Shown here one piece after another: positions 1 to 8,833 of a DNA stretch of 64,000 bases. Each line of letters opens with the position of its first letter. Positions within the stretch are counted from its first letter, which is position 1. The notes below the pieces were generated by a model. The model searched no databases and had not been told where the DNA came from. It saw only the letters and a program-made list of their open reading frames with translations. This stretch comes from Candidatus Omnitrophota bacterium (GTDB taxonomy: Bacteria > Omnitrophota > Gorgyraeia > Zapsychrales > Zapsychraceae), in the NCBI GenBank assembly GCA_050250375.1, contig JBFWOS010000003.1:17284-81283 (forward strand). Reading direction: 5' to 3'. The translations under genes and the position numbers were made by a program.

Positions 1-955
1 TCTTGGATTCCTGCTCATCGGTGGAAAGATGCAACTGACGGCTGCGCTTTTGGATGCTATTTAACAATTCTTCAATCGTGTGTTTCTTTTCTCCCGAGAT
101 CATAGCGACGCTGTTAATCAATTCCTTGCGGTATTTCTTAATGATATCATCAGCCTGATACCCCTGCTCCTGCTCCGCAGGCGGTAACCGAAAATGACTT
201 TTCAAAAACCGGTCATGAAAATCCGGGATATCTTCCGCCAGGGATTGTTTTTTTCTTTTATAAAAATACTTCAATGTGCATTTGATCGTTGAAATCCGCC
301 AATATTGTCTCGCACTCGTATTTTTTGGGTTCTGCTCTTTTAAACTGTTCATCAGCTGATCAACATATTTTAATTTTTCAAGAACCTTCCAGCCTTTATA
401 CCGGTTAACCCAATCAAGATTAGGGGTCAACCACACGGCAAATGTTTCCACAAAATCTTCTTCCGGGTGATACTGCGCATAATGGCCCTCCAGATGACGG
501 ACAAAATTGCGGCTATACGGCCGATATTTATAAGTTTCAGTATATTCCACCTTGGATGATCCGAACAAGGCCTGCCATTTGCGTCGATTGTATATCTTAT
601 AAGCATAATAAATCGCATGCCCGGCTTCATGCCGCAGCAATTTCATACATTCGTTGATGCTGTCTCCCTCGGCTGCATCCATATACCTTCTTTCAAGTGC
701 GGTCAGTCGAGGGTGAGCAAGATAAAAAGGTATGCCGATACAGGTCTCTTTTTCCGGTGTCAACCACTCGTCCGCCAAAAAACATTTGGGCCGGTAGCGA
801 ATCTGCTTTTGGGCCAGTTCTTTGTACAACTGTTCGATACAATCCTCAACCCATGTACCCTTTAGCGACAAAGGAAGGTCACAAACACGTGTATTTAACA
901 ACTCTTCCTCGGAGATTGTGTCCAGATTGATTTCTTTTTTAATATTAAATACCAT
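1..955 (-). CDS. Putative zinc-binding metallopeptidase (HExxH), 3' end beyond window edge
   Basis: Not in the ORF track. Hand translation from ATG at 955 stays open for 318 codons to the edge (MVFNIKKEINLDTISEEELL...), with LRHEAGH and YAQYHPEEDFVETFAVWL motifs. Starts 2 nt after the stop of the upstream gene. Confidence 0.85.
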   Translation of the reverse strand, partial: MVFNIKKEINLDTISEEELLNTRVCDLPLSLKGTWVEDCIEQLYKELAQKQIRYRPKCFLADEWLTPEKETCIGIPFYLAHPRLTALERRYMDAAEGDSINECMKLLRHEAGHAIYYAYKIYNRRKWQALFGSSKVEYTETYKYRPYSRNFVRHLEGHYAQYHPEEDFVETFAVWLTPNLDWVNRYKGWKVLEKLKYVDQLMNSLKEQNPKNTSARQYWRISTIKCTLKYFYKRKKQSLAEDIPDFHDRFLKSHFRLPPAEQEQGYQADDIIKKYRKELINSVAMISGEKKHTIEELLNSIQKRSRQLHLSTDEQESK

Positions 956-957
956 GT

Positions 958-1596
958 TTAATCCAACTGTTCTTCCAGATGGGCTAAAAGTTCTTTGGCC
1001 CCTTTAAGGACCGATTCGGGAGCCAGCCTTAATGTTTCCATATCCTTCTGAAACGATTTTATGGAAGTGATCAACCTTCTGATGGCGGATTGACTGCGCT
1101 CTTCCCGCTCCTGATCAGGATCGACATATTTTCGCTCTTTCATTAAAGCTGTCAAGTCTTTTCGCAAAACGGTGGCATTTTTCCCCTTATCAAAGACGTC
1201 TTTTTTGAGCTTAAAATAATCCTGCTTAGTCAGCTCCTTTTTATGTTTTGCCAATCTTAAGAAGTTAATCTCTTCATATCCCGGCATTTTATCAGCGTCC
1301 CTGTTTTGTTTAAAGTCAGCATCCAGGTATTGCGGTTCGTCCTGTTCCAGAAACAGATATGATTTTAGAAGTTTGGTCGCTAATGGCTTTTTCAGACCAA
1401 CCTCGCGTTCGATATAATCCTCAAATTTTTCAAATCCCCAGTTTCGATATAGCTTGTCCTGCCAGACGGCATACAGGTGCCGCCCAAGATCAATCCATGA
1501 ACGTTTAAAGTCCTTGGAAAGTTCTATAATGGTCTGCCGAATGGTATCGTTGATGTAGTTGGCTTTCGGGTGGGAGGGTATTTCTAAAGTATCCAT
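958..1596 (-). CDS. Conserved hypothetical helical protein, possible HTH-like DNA-binding protein
   Basis: Start moved to ATG 1596, preceded by AAAGGA RBS. Motif LYRNWGFEKFEDYIEREVGL; C-terminal coiled helices. Confidence 0.7.
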   Translation of the reverse strand: MDTLEIPSHPKANYINDTIRQTIIELSKDFKRSWIDLGRHLYAVWQDKLYRNWGFEKFEDYIEREVGLKKPLATKLLKSYLFLEQDEPQYLDADFKQNRDADKMPGYEEINFLRLAKHKKELTKQDYFKLKKDVFDKGKNATVLRKDLTALMKERKYVDPDQEREERSQSAIRRLITSIKSFQKDMETLRLAPESVLKGAKELLAHLEEQLD

Positions 1597-1607
1597 AAGG
1601 GTCCTTT

Positions 1608-2570
1608 CTAGATACAAAAATGTTTTATTATTATACGATCCGACATCTTGCTGACCTGGGCTTTATTGATCCGGCCGGGGATAATGGTTTGCGCATTAAC
1701 GGTGCCGGCGGCAACAGCCAGCCTCAAACACTCACGAAAATTCAACTTTTTCATGAAACCGACACATACAGCTCCGACAAATGCATCCCCGCAACCGACC
1801 GAATTGACTACTTTTACGGTTGGCGCTTTAGCATACCATAAATCATTACGATTGCAACCGATTGCTCCATCTGGTCCGAGGCTGAGAAAAATGTTCTCCA
1901 CTTTAAACTTCCTCAGTCGTAAAACAGCCTTATATGCGTCATTCAGAGTCCCAATTTTGATCCTGAATAACTCTTCCGTCTCCCGTCGATTGGGTTTGAT
2001 GAAGTCCGGATTTTCTTTAAGACCTTCCCGCAGAGCTCCTTGGCCGGCATCTAAAAATACCGGAACATTCAACCGGCGGGCTATTTTAATCAACTCGGCA
2101 TAAACGTCAGTGGGAACCCCTTTCAGCACACTGCCACTCAGGACGACCATTTCAGCCTTATCCAAAAGTTTTTTATATAACCTTTGAAAACCTTCATACT
2201 CCTTCCTAGATATCGCCGGCGTCTTTGGAAAAACCCGTTCCCTGCTCTTACCGACGGGGATAAACAACATGATATTGTTACGACTTTCACAAACCGCCGG
2301 ATAAAACTGATTATTGATTTTCGCGTGATCAGCCAGTTGGCAGATGGCATGGCCATTCACGCCACCGATAATCCCTGTTGATAGGGTGGACATTCCAAAA
2401 TCATTTACCGCCCTTGATACGTTAATGCCTTTTCCACCGGCTGATCGAACTTGTTTCTTAATCCGGGAAACTCCGCCCTCACACCTAAGAATAAATATTG
2501 TGTCGACGGCAGGATTTAACGTAACCGTTAAAATATACCGTTTTTGTGCGTTCTTATCGTCCATCCACAT
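1608..2570 (-). CDS. 1-phosphofructokinase-family (PfkB) sugar kinase
   Basis: TVTLNPAVD, GGKGINVS, IKPNRRE and NSVGCGDAF PfkB signatures. Start uncertain (2570 or 2564). Confidence 0.9.
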   Translation of the reverse strand: MWMDDKNAQKRYILTVTLNPAVDTIFILRCEGGVSRIKKQVRSAGGKGINVSRAVNDFGMSTLSTGIIGGVNGHAICQLADHAKINNQFYPAVCESRNNIMLFIPVGKSRERVFPKTPAISRKEYEGFQRLYKKLLDKAEMVVLSGSVLKGVPTDVYAELIKIARRLNVPVFLDAGQGALREGLKENPDFIKPNRRETEELFRIKIGTLNDAYKAVLRLRKFKVENIFLSLGPDGAIGCNRNDLWYAKAPTVKVVNSVGCGDAFVGAVCVGFMKKLNFRECLRLAVAAGTVNAQTIIPGRINKAQVSKMSDRIIIKHFCI

Positions 2571-4794
2571 TTTTATTAAGCTGTTCAATCAGCTTTTCGG
2601 CCTGTGGTAAACCCAACATATTGGATTTTTGGGCGTCCTTCATCGCATTGACAAAATCCCCCTTACCGATTAATGTTTGGGCCCTGTTAAAATAAACAAT
2701 CTTATTGTTGGGATCAATGTCTAAAGCGGTGTTAAAATCTTCTAAAGCCTGGTTATAGCGCCCCTGTTGTTTGAACAAATTTCCTCGATTATTATAGGCT
2801 TTTACATAGTCGGGACTCAACATAATGGCTTTATTATAATCGTTTAAAGCGAGGTCTGTTTTATTCCATTGCCGGTAAATTACTCCCCGGTTGTTATACC
2901 CCTCAAAAAAATTCGGATCAATCTCAAGGGCTTTATTGTAGTCCGCAAAGGCTGATTTGTATTCTCCCAGATGGCGAAAGGCATTGCCGCGATTATTATA
3001 AACCTGCGGGATTCCGGCATTAGCTTCAATAACTTTTGAGAAATCCTTTACAGCCAATTTATATTCTTTAATTAACCCATAAAGATTTCCCCGATTCTGA
3101 TAAGCCTCAATAAAGTCCGGGTCAATCTGGATGGCATGGTTAAAATCACTCAAAGCCAGGTCATTCCGGCCAAGATGTGAATAAACAACCCCCCGGTTAC
3201 TAAAAGCCTTATATAATTGTGGATTGATCTCCAAAGCCTTGTTGTAATTTTCCAAGGCCAGTTGGTATTCGGCTTTATGCCGGAAGGCATCGCCCCTATT
3301 ATTCCATATTTCAGCCCAATTCTGGTCAATTTCCAAGGCTTTATTGTATTCCAGGATGGCAAGGTCAAAAAGATGCTGTCTTGTGTAGACAATTCCCTTA
3401 TTGTTAAGAGTCATGACACTTCTGGGATATATGTCCAGGGCTCTGTTGAACTCCTCAATGGCCTGATCATATTTTCCAATTTCCGAATAGGCAATTCCGG
3501 TATTCAAATAGGCCCTCATCTCCCCTGGAGATTTTTCCTTAACATCGGCCCACAATGTAAATTCATCCCGCCAGACCTTGTTTCTTTGATAAGTTAAAAA
3601 CGAAAATGTCAGGACAATGACGCTCAAAGAGACGACCAACCGCTTTTGTTCTTTGATCAGGAAATAAATTGCACAAACTATAAAAATTGAAAAACCGACA
3701 CTCGGAAGATAAACCCGATGTTCAAAAATGACATGACGAATCGGAATAAAACTGGACTCAACTGATATTGTCAGGAAAAACCAGAATACACCAAATGCTA
3801 GAAAGGTTCTTTTCTTTCTTAATCTATACCCTATTGCAAGAATTAATATGATCAGGAAAAAACCTCCTGATGTTTTCCACTCAAAGAATGACTTAGATGT
3901 AGGGAAATCGACTAAAAGATTCTGACCGATCGGAAAAATTAACAACCGCAAATACGTCGGGATAACCCGTAATTGAGTTAATGGATAATAATAAGCGTTT
4001 ACCAAATCTCCATGGTGTGACCCGGAAGATTTATGGGTAATAGATAACATGCCTTTAACGTTAAATGAATACAACGCCGGTATGATTAATAAAAACAATA
4101 ATACGGGAATCAAAATCTTCCAATTTAACATCCTCTTCCATTGATCCGTCTTTGAAAAAAATAACCACTCTGTTAACAAGACGGAAACCGGCAGGGTTAT
4201 CGTAATTTGTTTGCTAAACATGCCAAATAAGGCCGCAACAGCCGATAACAAGAAAAATGGCAACGCCCCTCTTTTCTCTAGGCGTGCCCTTAAATAAAAA
4301 CTCATGGCCGCCACATAAAACAAAGTCGCCAACGACGCAAATCGCTGACAAATATAGGTAACCGCCTGCGTTTGTAAAGGGTGGGTTAAAAATACCAACG
4401 CAATAAATAAAGAAAGAATCCGTTTACGGCTGGATAACGGTGAATTTTTAATGCGCGGCGCATGAAATAACTGTAAACACATCCAATAAACCAACAGCGT
4501 CGTAATCAAATGGATGGCATTGTTAACTACATGGTACCCGAAAACATCCGTCTTACCGAAATGATAATTCAGTGCAAAAGTATATAGAACAACCGTTCGA
4601 CCCGGGGCAGTCAATCTCTCCCAAATAGACCGGACATCGGTTAATGTCCTGATCGTTGGATTATTGACAATATAACTTAAATCATCGAAATGCCAGGAAC
4701 ACCGGTAAGTGTTAGAATAAATTAAAATCCCGACAGCCATCAAAATGACTATAGAAATAATTATCGCATACCGGCTGCTCTCGAATCGTTTCAT
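2554..4794 (-). CDS. TMTC-like GT-C membrane glycosyltransferase with ~9 C-terminal TPRs
   Basis: WHFDD after TM1, GYHVVNNAIH, HPLQTQAVTYICQR, EHRVYLPS, RNKVW..LW; multiple TMs, then 34-aa NNRG-type TPR repeats. Confidence 0.8.
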   Translation of the reverse strand: MKRFESSRYAIIISIVILMAVGILIYSNTYRCSWHFDDLSYIVNNPTIRTLTDVRSIWERLTAPGRTVVLYTFALNYHFGKTDVFGYHVVNNAIHLITTLLVYWMCLQLFHAPRIKNSPLSSRKRILSLFIALVFLTHPLQTQAVTYICQRFASLATLFYVAAMSFYLRARLEKRGALPFFLLSAVAALFGMFSKQITITLPVSVLLTEWLFFSKTDQWKRMLNWKILIPVLLFLLIIPALYSFNVKGMLSITHKSSGSHHGDLVNAYYYPLTQLRVIPTYLRLLIFPIGQNLLVDFPTSKSFFEWKTSGGFFLIILILAIGYRLRKKRTFLAFGVFWFFLTISVESSFIPIRHVIFEHRVYLPSVGFSIFIVCAIYFLIKEQKRLVVSLSVIVLTFSFLTYQRNKVWRDEFTLWADVKEKSPGEMRAYLNTGIAYSEIGKYDQAIEEFNRALDIYPRSVMTLNNKGIVYTRQHLFDLAILEYNKALEIDQNWAEIWNNRGDAFRHKAEYQLALENYNKALEINPQLYKAFSNRGVVYSHLGRNDLALSDFNHAIQIDPDFIEAYQNRGNLYGLIKEYKLAVKDFSKVIEANAGIPQVYNNRGNAFRHLGEYKSAFADYNKALEIDPNFFEGYNNRGVIYRQWNKTDLALNDYNKAIMLSPDYVKAYNNRGNLFKQQGRYNQALEDFNTALDIDPNNKIVYFNRAQTLIGKGDFVNAMKDAQKSNMLGLPQAEKLIEQLNKNVDGR

Positions 4795-6623
4795 TGATTA
4801 ATTTTTATTCTTAATTGATTAATGTACTCTTGATCGATTTTCAGCCCCAAGGTCTGCGCTTTTTCGACATCCGCCAAAGCATCAGCGAATTTCTGCTCGG
4901 ACGCGTAGATTTGAGACCGATAATAAAGCGCCTTCTTCTGAAAGGGGTTTAACTTAATACTCTGGCTATAATCGGCAAAAGCTTTATCTAGGTGATTCAA
5001 CTGCAAATATACATTCGCCCGGTTATAATAAACCCCGGCATTGTCCGCGTTCAACTCCAACGCCTTGTTGTAATAGACCAGAGCTCGTTTAAAATCTTTT
5101 CTTTTATTATGAATAATACCAATGTTATTGTAGGTTTTCTCCAGTGTTGGATCAATGCTCAAGGCCTTAAGATAATCTTTAAGCGCCAATTCATGTTGAT
5201 TCAAGACCGTATAAACATTCCCTCGATTATTGTAAGATTCTGCCTGCCCAGGATCAAGCACAATGGCCCTGGTGTAAGCATTTAAAGCCGAATCAAAGTC
5301 TTTCTGATTAAGATATGCCGTTGCCAGATGGGTATATGGCCTAATCACATTGGGTGATTTCTTAATCACATCTGTCCACAGCGTAATATCGTCAGCCCAA
5401 ATCTCATTCCGCTTATAAGTTAATACGGACAATGTCATGACTATGCCTAGTATAGCTGCGGTTAATTTATACCGATCTTTGATAATTTCGGTGAAAAGAA
5501 AACCCGCAACTAAAGAAAACCCGAAAAATGGGAGATAACATCGGTGCTCAAAGATCACATGCCGGATTGGAATAACGCTTGATTCCACGAGGAGTGTTGT
5601 AAAAAACCATAAAATCCCAAAGGATACGAACGGTTTCGTTTCCCGCAACCGAATGGCCAAAAACAATAATAAACCAATCCCTGAAAAGCCCAATATAACT
5701 TTTGGATCCAATACGGTGTATGATGCGGGATAATCGTATAAAAGATTTTGACCGATCGGGAAAATTAAAAGACTTATGTAGGTCCAAATGACTCTGGATT
5801 GCGTCAGAAAATAACTTATAAAATCGAGAGTATCACCTGTATGCGAAAGCGATTCATACTGCCTGAACAATATCGTCTGGATATTAAATGAGTAAACCGC
5901 TGGGATTATTAAGAATAATGCCAGCATGGCCATAATAAAACCCCATTGAGATCTTAATGAAGATCGGCTTCTCTTATCGGTATTCAAGAACAGCCATTCA
6001 ACTAAAAAAATCGTGATCGGCAATGTCAAAACAATCTGTTTTGTGAACATGCCCGTTAACCCCGCGCAAACGGCCAAAAAATAAAACAAGGTTTTTAATC
6101 TGGTTTCCGTTGCTCTCGCTTTTAAATACAGACAAACCGCCAGCAAATAAAACAATGTCGCCAATGATGCAAACCGCTGGCACAAATAAGTGACCGCCTG
6201 CGTCTGGATAGGATGTGTCAGAAAAAGTCCGGCGGCGATTAATGCCGTCACCTGTTTTCTTCTCTCACTGAAAACTTTTCGTTTAATAAGACTATCACCC
6301 AATAAAGATATCAGCCAAAAAACTAATACGGCATTTCCTGCGTGGATAAAAATGTTAGTTAAGTGATACCCAAATAAATTGTAACCGTGTAAATGATAGT
6401 TTAATGCAAATGTCAGATACGCGAAAAATCGAGTGGGCGCGCTCCCCTCATTCCAGATGGATTTTATATCCGAAATATCTGAAAGTTCCGAATTCTGGAC
6501 AATAAACACAAAATCGTCAAAATGAAAAGAGTTCTGAAATGTATTGGAATATAAAGCAATCCCAAACAGAAATATTCCCACAAAGATATACCCTGAGAGA
6601 CTTTGTATCTTATTCATAATCAC
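4791..6623 (-). CDS. TMTC-like GT-C membrane glycosyltransferase with ~5 TPRs (tandem paralog)
   Basis: FHFDD, GYHLTNIFIH, HPIQTQAVTYLCQRFASLATLFY, EHRCYLP; blocks nearly identical to 2554..4794. Confidence 0.8.
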   Translation of the reverse strand: MIMNKIQSLSGYIFVGIFLFGIALYSNTFQNSFHFDDFVFIVQNSELSDISDIKSIWNEGSAPTRFFAYLTFALNYHLHGYNLFGYHLTNIFIHAGNAVLVFWLISLLGDSLIKRKVFSERRKQVTALIAAGLFLTHPIQTQAVTYLCQRFASLATLFYLLAVCLYLKARATETRLKTLFYFLAVCAGLTGMFTKQIVLTLPITIFLVEWLFLNTDKRSRSSLRSQWGFIMAMLALFLIIPAVYSFNIQTILFRQYESLSHTGDTLDFISYFLTQSRVIWTYISLLIFPIGQNLLYDYPASYTVLDPKVILGFSGIGLLLFLAIRLRETKPFVSFGILWFFTTLLVESSVIPIRHVIFEHRCYLPFFGFSLVAGFLFTEIIKDRYKLTAAILGIVMTLSVLTYKRNEIWADDITLWTDVIKKSPNVIRPYTHLATAYLNQKDFDSALNAYTRAIVLDPGQAESYNNRGNVYTVLNQHELALKDYLKALSIDPTLEKTYNNIGIIHNKRKDFKRALVYYNKALELNADNAGVYYNRANVYLQLNHLDKAFADYSQSIKLNPFQKKALYYRSQIYASEQKFADALADVEKAQTLGLKIDQEYINQLRIKINQ

Positions 6624-6625
6624 AA

Positions 6626-7441
6626 TTATTTCAATGGGTCAGGATGGATAAACTGATAGTTTAACGCGTCCTTCAGTTTCTTGTTGGAAACAATCTTACG
6701 AATTTCCCCAGAACATTGATCAAAAACAGGTGGCTCAATACCTAATTCCATGGCTTTTCGGGTATAAAGCTCCTGCCTAGTCGGATGAGAATCACTGACG
6801 GCGTTAAAAATTTCTCCCGTGACATTATTATGAATGATCCTGAAGACAATTTCAATACAGTCGTCCAAGTGAATCAAATTGACCAGACTTTGGCCATTGC
6901 GGCCTTTTATCCTTGGCGTCTTTGGAAAGCGCCCTAAGTGACGCTCACCGCCATACAGACCGGCGAAACGTATAATGGTTGACTGAAAATTTTTATTATT
7001 AATCAACAATTGTTCAATTTTATGCAGAACATGGGAACGGGGGTTATCCGGGTCTATTGGATCCCATTCAGATGCCACCTCTACAGAAGATCTGTAAATA
7101 GCGGTAGAACTCGAAAAAACAACAAATTTAATTGATGACCGATTGACTTCAGAAATTATTGATTGTATTTGATCATAATAGTAAAAAGGATCAATTAAAT
7201 CACGTTTGAACGGAATTGTTAGGAACAAAACATCGGAGTGAAAAAACGGATAAAAATCTTCCCCCTCTAACTTCGGAGAACACTTAAGCAAGAATGGCTC
7301 GATTCCAGCGTTACGTAACTGGATCATCTTTGAATCTTGAGTCGTTGATCCCTTAACTGCATATCCTTCCGTCAGTAATCGTTCAGCAAACGGTAAACCC
7401 AACCATCCGCATCCCAAAATGCTTACGGACGAATTCAACAT
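6626..7441 (-). CDS. Atypical SDR / NAD-dependent epimerase (YeeZ-like)
   Basis: SILGCGWLG, VKGSTT, SSTAIY, RFAGLYG, VNLIHLDD. Confidence 0.85.
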   Translation of the reverse strand: MLNSSVSILGCGWLGLPFAERLLTEGYAVKGSTTQDSKMIQLRNAGIEPFLLKCSPKLEGEDFYPFFHSDVLFLTIPFKRDLIDPFYYYDQIQSIISEVNRSSIKFVVFSSSTAIYRSSVEVASEWDPIDPDNPRSHVLHKIEQLLINNKNFQSTIIRFAGLYGGERHLGRFPKTPRIKGRNGQSLVNLIHLDDCIEIVFRIIHNNVTGEIFNAVSDSHPTRQELYTRKAMELGIEPPVFDQCSGEIRKIVSNKKLKDALNYQFIHPDPLK

Positions 7442-7453
7442 TGAAAATCGGCA

Positions 7454-7969
7454 TTAATCAAGATAGGTCTTTAATTCCTTCCAGGTCTTCTTTCCGATAA
7501 CCCCGTCACTGGCAAGATTATGATCTTTTTGGAACTGACCAATAGCTTTCTTAGACTGGCCGCCCAGTTTCCCATCAATCTTTCCGGTATAATATCCCGC
7601 ATTTTTTAAGGCCTGTTGAACATCTCTGGCCGAGGCGGAAACTCGAAGAATTTCGTCTTCCTTGTACGTACTGCTGCTGACCGTTGTTTTTTCTTCCGGC
7701 TCGTATACCTGTTCCCGGCTTGCTTTACGGTAATCATATTCTTCAACCGGTTCATTCAAAGAATAAGTTTCCATTTCACTAATCTGTGAATTTAAGGCCT
7801 GAACCTTGTACTCTAACTCTGTAATTGATTTGTTACGCTCCTCCAAATTACGCTCTAACTGGGCGACCTGGATCTGTAGACGATTAACAGCTGTCGGGCT
7901 TTGCGTATGGGCACAACCGGTAAGACAAGTTGAAACAAATAACAGGCTGATTATTGGGTGTACTCTCAC
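7454..7969 (-). CDS. Lipoprotein with coiled coil and C-terminal peptidoglycan-binding domain
   Basis: GTG at 7969 after AGGAGG; lipobox LTGC; PG-binding motif VQQALKNAGYYTGKIDG...FQKDHNLASDGVIGKKTW. Confidence 0.85.
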   Translation of the reverse strand: MRVHPIISLLFVSTCLTGCAHTQSPTAVNRLQIQVAQLERNLEERNKSITELEYKVQALNSQISEMETYSLNEPVEEYDYRKASREQVYEPEEKTTVSSSTYKEDEILRVSASARDVQQALKNAGYYTGKIDGKLGGQSKKAIGQFQKDHNLASDGVIGKKTWKELKTYLD

Positions 7970-8171
7970 TTTCTTCCTCCTTGCAATTAATATAAATTTT
8001 AAATTTAGCATAACGAATTACTCAAACCTGCTAGAACAGAGTTTTTCGTCAAATGTAAAATACCCATAGAAACAGAGGTATTTTATCACAACCCGTGCCT
8101 GTTACCATTGGATTAATAAAAATTTTCAGAAATCCTGCAGCATGAAATTTTGACAAAGATGCGCAAAAGGA

Positions 8172-8783
8172 TTAATATTTGACTGAACAACCATACGGCT
8201 GGGTCGTCGGCGTACTAACCGCTTCACCGGATTTCGCCTGAGACAACGCCTTTATGACATAATTGTCGGCCGCTTTTATATCCGCTGAATCAAAACTCGA
8301 AATACTGTCAATGGCTCCCTGATAAATAAGGACACCTTCCGGATTAATCACGTACATATGTGGTGTTGTCTTGGCGCCATACATCTTACCGACGGTTCCA
8401 TCTGTGTCAAAAAGATATGCCGTTGGCATTGCCCCGCTGTTTTCCATGATCTGATTGACCTCATCCGCTGAATATGCCCCCTGTTTTCCTTCCGCGGAGG
8501 AATTAATGGATAGCCAGACAGCCCCTTCCTCTGTTAAGCTTTTTTGTAAGCCTTGCATATTCCCCGGCGTGTAATGCTTTTTGACAAAGGGGCAATCATA
8601 ATTTACCCACTCAAGAATAACATATTTCCCTTTAAATCCAGACAATGAATGGGTTTGTCCATGGGAATCGGTCAACGTAAATTCTGGAGCTTCCGAATTT
8701 GTACTGATGTCTGCGTGAGCAGCCCCCATCCTAACCGTGCACAAAATGGCACTTATGCTGAAACATATAAATAACTTCTTCAT
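8172..8783 (-). CDS. Exported redoxin / AhpC-TSA-like thioredoxin-fold protein
   Basis: Signal peptide, APEFTL, WVNYDCPFV, AKTTPHMY, YGCSVKY; adjacent to dsbD. Start likely 8783 (GAAAGGA RBS). Confidence 0.85.
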   Translation of the reverse strand: MKKLFICFSISAILCTVRMGAAHADISTNSEAPEFTLTDSHGQTHSLSGFKGKYVILEWVNYDCPFVKKHYTPGNMQGLQKSLTEEGAVWLSINSSAEGKQGAYSADEVNQIMENSGAMPTAYLFDTDGTVGKMYGAKTTPHMYVINPEGVLIYQGAIDSISSFDSADIKAADNYVIKALSQAKSGEAVSTPTTQPYGCSVKY

Positions 8784-8833
8784 TTTTAATCCTTTCATAA
8801 TCGGTTAAACAATTTTTTTACTTAAACATTATA

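Noticed and set aside
427-1007. Five short track ORFs at the left end
   Set aside because: Explained by the real minus-strand peptidase frame 1..955.
2600-3520. 102-nt periodicity as a CRISPR or DNA tandem repeat
   Set aside because: It is the TPR protein repeat; there are no identical DNA repeats with spacers.
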